From the IMG/VR virus record IMGVR_UViG_3300035547_000249: a stretch of DNA of 54,252 nucleotides; one strand, 5' to 3'. The number at the start of each line of letters is the position of its first letter. The stretch's first letter is position 1. The DNA is from a virus (Duplodnaviria > Heunggongvirae > Uroviricota > Caudoviricetes). The position numbers and the translations under genes were made by a program. A model generated the notes under the pieces. It saw nothing but the letters and a program-made list of their open reading frames with translations. It did no database searches and was not told the origin of the DNA. Shown in pieces: positions 51,496 to 54,252 of this stretch.

Positions 51496-54252
51496 TTAAT
51501 TACATGCACTACTAAAACAGTCTCTACAGATCATACACCCTTCCTGTAAAGTTACATTTTTACTACCACATTCCGGACAAATAACACCTAACCCACCAGT
51601 GTCGTCTATAACATAATTCATAAGATATTTTTTCAATCTAAAAATCAAAGTTCCAGGACCAGCATTATTAACTTTTCCCATAGCAGACACAATATCCAAC
51701 ATAGGAACACCATGTCGTAATAAATAACCTAACATTCTTGCTATTTTTGTATGATTAGCTTGATTATTGAATTTCCTCTCTACATCAGACAACTTATCAT
51801 CGTTAAGACCGTATTTTTTTGCTACCTTTTTAAATTCATCAATAGCATCCATAGTAATATCAGTCTTGGATACACTATTAGTAGATATAAAACAAGCAAA
51901 AGGTCTTTTCATCTCTCTATCCATAAATGAAAAATGACAGTACCACTTCCTACCATTGCCACGTAAAATAACTCCTTTACTAGGATATTCCTCAGGAAGC
52001 TTTATTATGTCATGAATAATATTTCCATCTTTGTGATTCTTAAAAGCTTCAAGAAATTCCTCTTGTTGATCTTTTATTTCTTTTTCTTTTTCTTCTCTTT
52101 TAGATTCAAGTATCGCAACAGAAGTTCCTTCTCTGTAAGTTGTACACCCCTTAACTCCATAATCATGTATTTTACCGTAAAGTTTTTTAAAGTCATCAAA
52201 TGAAATATCTGCAGGCAAGTTGATTGTCTTGCTACATGACAAGTCGATGTTCTTGGCGAACACACCTAAAATATTTAGATGTTCTTGAACAGATAATTCA
52301 GTTGCTGTTGGTGTTATAGGTATATCATTTTCTAAAGCATTGTTATAACCAAAGTCCCTTATCGTAACTTTTTTACAAAGTCCCTGATTTTTATCTATTC
52401 TGTACTTTCCATCTGTTGATAATAATATTTCTTCATCAGCTATCATTTCTTTCTTAAAGTAGTCAGTTTCAAACCACTCACCTTTGTGTATTTCTGGATA
52501 TTGAAAATCCACTTTCTTACCCTCTACCCTATTCCAACGTGTAAACTCAGTTGAGAACACAGGTTCTAATCCACCAGACATATTACCAGCCAGTATTGAC
52601 AGGGTGCCGTTGGGGGCCAATGCGCTCAGGGCAGAATTGCGAATTCCGTACTTTCTGATCAAATCAATTGTTTCTTCAGTTAATACTTTACTATTTTTTA
52701 CATAACCAGTATTCAATAATTCCTCAGAGTATAAAGCAAACGGGCCTTTTTCTTTAGCCAATAGAGCAGATTTCTGGTATAAAGAGTTCATAAACACACT
52801 AAGTATCTTATCAAAAAGCTTTACACTTTCATCGCTTCCATACTTTATTCCCATCATCATAAGTAGAGAACCAGCACCAACAACACCAACACCTACTTTT
52901 CTTTTTAATTTTGCTGCTTGTCTATACATGTCTAACGGATAATCAGAAATATCTATTATATTATCTAGAGCTTCCGTCATCAAAAAAGCATCTTCTCTGA
53001 ATAAATCATAATCAAACTTTTTAGTTTCCATATTATAGTATCTTGGAAGAACTAATGAACCAAGGTTACAAACATCACCTGTTTCTATAGTTTCTCCGTT
53101 GTATTCTACCAATCCAGTGTTGGCAACAACCTCCCCACAGCCCCTAGAAACATAACCGCAATGATTCCAGTCATCTGCTTCAGGCTCATATAAATCAAAA
53201 ACTTCACCCTTACCAATATACTCAATGTTTTTAATCTGAGTTTTCCATCTAACACCATTTAATTGTGAGTTTTTAATAACTTTTTTTAATTTTTCATTCT
53301 TTTCTTTGTGACTAATATACCTCAATTCATTATAAAGATTCAAAATAGAATCGTTATCAATAACACCTGTATAAATTGTTTTTTTTGCCTTTATAAATCT
53401 TCCGTTTATTTCACTTCTATGATGTATTTTCCTTTTATACACCTTGTAATCTGCTTTAATAAATAACATCAAATGTTTGAGTAATGTATGTATATCAAAA
53501 TTAGTATTAGAAAATCTAATTTGTGGATAATTGCCAGTATTATTAACATTCCCATCTGAAGAAATTAAACCATCTATTAAACCTAAAATAAAATTTTTGT
53601 TAGTATTCAAAGATTTCTCAAAAAATATTTGTTTTCCATTAGTATTTATACCAACAGTTTCAAGCAAATTATCCAAATATTGTTTATTATGTGTTAAATA
53701 ATACCTAACACAGTTACCTTCACCTTTATCTATCCTAAATTTTCCACCCACACGGATAAATAATTCTTCTATATATGAATTATCTTCCTTAGAATTAGTA
53801 GAGATGTTAAAAGATGAATTGTTTGAATAACAACCATCACCAAGATACAAACCAACCAATAATCCATCATCTCTGCTCAACTTAGTATTTAAATTAGGAT
53901 ATTTTTTATACCATTCTTTCCTAACAAAATAATTATCATCTATATCTAGTAACCTTTTCTCATTGTTCCACCTCTTTCTACTATCTATACCAGATATCAT
54001 AGTATGAAAAATATGTCCTTTAGTAACATCCTGCGAAAACCCATCACTAAAATGAACCCTATAAATGTCTTGATTACTATAGGTTTTTATTTCCCTTACC
54101 TCATCAAACCCTAAAGTTGTTTGTATTTTATCCCCAACAGATATGTTTTCAACAGGAACAATACCATTATCGGTGGCAACTAGTGTTCCTTTTGCCACAC
54201 AAGGATTAGTTGCAAGAACACTACAATTAGGTAGATAATTTATATTATCATC
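51496..54252 (-). CDS. nrdJ: class II (B12-dependent) ribonucleotide reductase, 5'-truncated by the window edge, with an intein
   Basis: ATNP|CGE, CNLGS, RKVGVG, APNG..GGLEP, SKTINLP, KGCTTYREG, C-terminal CxxC..CxxC. Confidence 0.9.
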   Translation of the reverse strand, partial: DDNINYLPNCSVLATNPCVAKGTLVATDNGIVPVENISVGDKIQTTLGFDEVREIKTYSNQDIYRVHFSDGFSQDVTKGHIFHTMISGIDSRKRWNNEKRLLDIDDNYFVRKEWYKKYPNLNTKLSRDDGLLVGLYLGDGCYSNNSSFNISTNSKEDNSYIEELFIRVGGKFRIDKGEGNCVRYYLTHNKQYLDNLLETVGINTNGKQIFFEKSLNTNKNFILGLIDGLISSDGNVNNTGNYPQIRFSNTNFDIHTLLKHLMLFIKADYKVYKRKIHHRSEINGRFIKAKKTIYTGVIDNDSILNLYNELRYISHKEKNEKLKKVIKNSQLNGVRWKTQIKNIEYIGKGEVFDLYEPEADDWNHCGYVSRGCGEVVANTGLVEYNGETIETGDVCNLGSLVLPRYYNMETKKFDYDLFREDAFLMTEALDNIIDISDYPLDMYRQAAKLKRKVGVGVVGAGSLLMMMGIKYGSDESVKLFDKILSVFMNSLYQKSALLAKEKGPFALYSEELLNTGYVKNSKVLTEETIDLIRKYGIRNSALSALAPNGTLSILAGNMSGGLEPVFSTEFTRWNRVEGKKVDFQYPEIHKGEWFETDYFKKEMIADEEILLSTDGKYRIDKNQGLCKKVTIRDFGYNNALENDIPITPTATELSVQEHLNILGVFAKNIDLSCSKTINLPADISFDDFKKLYGKIHDYGVKGCTTYREGTSVAILESKREEKEKEIKDQQEEFLEAFKNHKDGNIIHDIIKLPEEYPSKGVILRGNGRKWYCHFSFMDREMKRPFACFISTNSVSKTDITMDAIDEFKKVAKKYGLNDDKLSDVERKFNNQANHTKIARMLGYLLRHGVPMLDIVSAMGKVNNAGPGTLIFRLKKYLMNYVIDDTGGLGVICPECGSKNVTLQEGCMICRDCFSSACN
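53140..54201 (-). mobile_element. 354-aa LAGLIDADG intein in nrdJ, ending in Arg-Gly
   Basis: CVAKGTLV block A, VTKGH block B, GLYLGDG / GLISSDG; C-terminus VFDLYEPEADDWNHCGYVSRG|CGE. Confidence 0.85.

Noticed and set aside
1-54252. Stop-codon reassignment
   Set aside because: Long genes are intact in the standard code, and there is no CUA, UUA or UCA anticodon tRNA.

Overview
AT-rich segment of a large (jumbo-type) tailed-phage genome; the host cannot be identified from the sequence. About 1-20.9 kb is transcribed on +. It is a tRNA island with ~22 tRNA genes, three of them split by group I introns at three different anticodon-loop positions. It also holds atypical tRNA-like RNAs, homing endonuclease genes, translation-related proteins (Pth2, Smr, RelA/SpoT-type HD hydrolase) and several unannotated structured RNAs. 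About 21.2-54.2 kb is on -. It encodes a ClpB-like ATPase, a Rad52-like annealase, three DNA methyltransferases (two paired with nucleases), an IS200/IS605 tnpB element, lysis and virion genes, PAS-only and receiver-only proteins, a DNA ligase, an intein-containing RNase HII and the 3' part of an intein-containing class II ribonucleotide reductase. The strongest novelty candidates are: (1) a recurring two-loop RNA motif, free-standing in 3-4 copies and circularly permuted as 49/55-nt inserts in two tRNA genes with equivalent junctions (candidate new mini-intron or ribozyme); (2) a ~300-nt RNA that copies the uL11-binding GTPase centre of 23S rRNA; (3) an RNR intein ending in Arg-Gly instead of His-Asn. 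All structures were folded by eye and all protein families were assigned from recognisable motifs; no searches were run.
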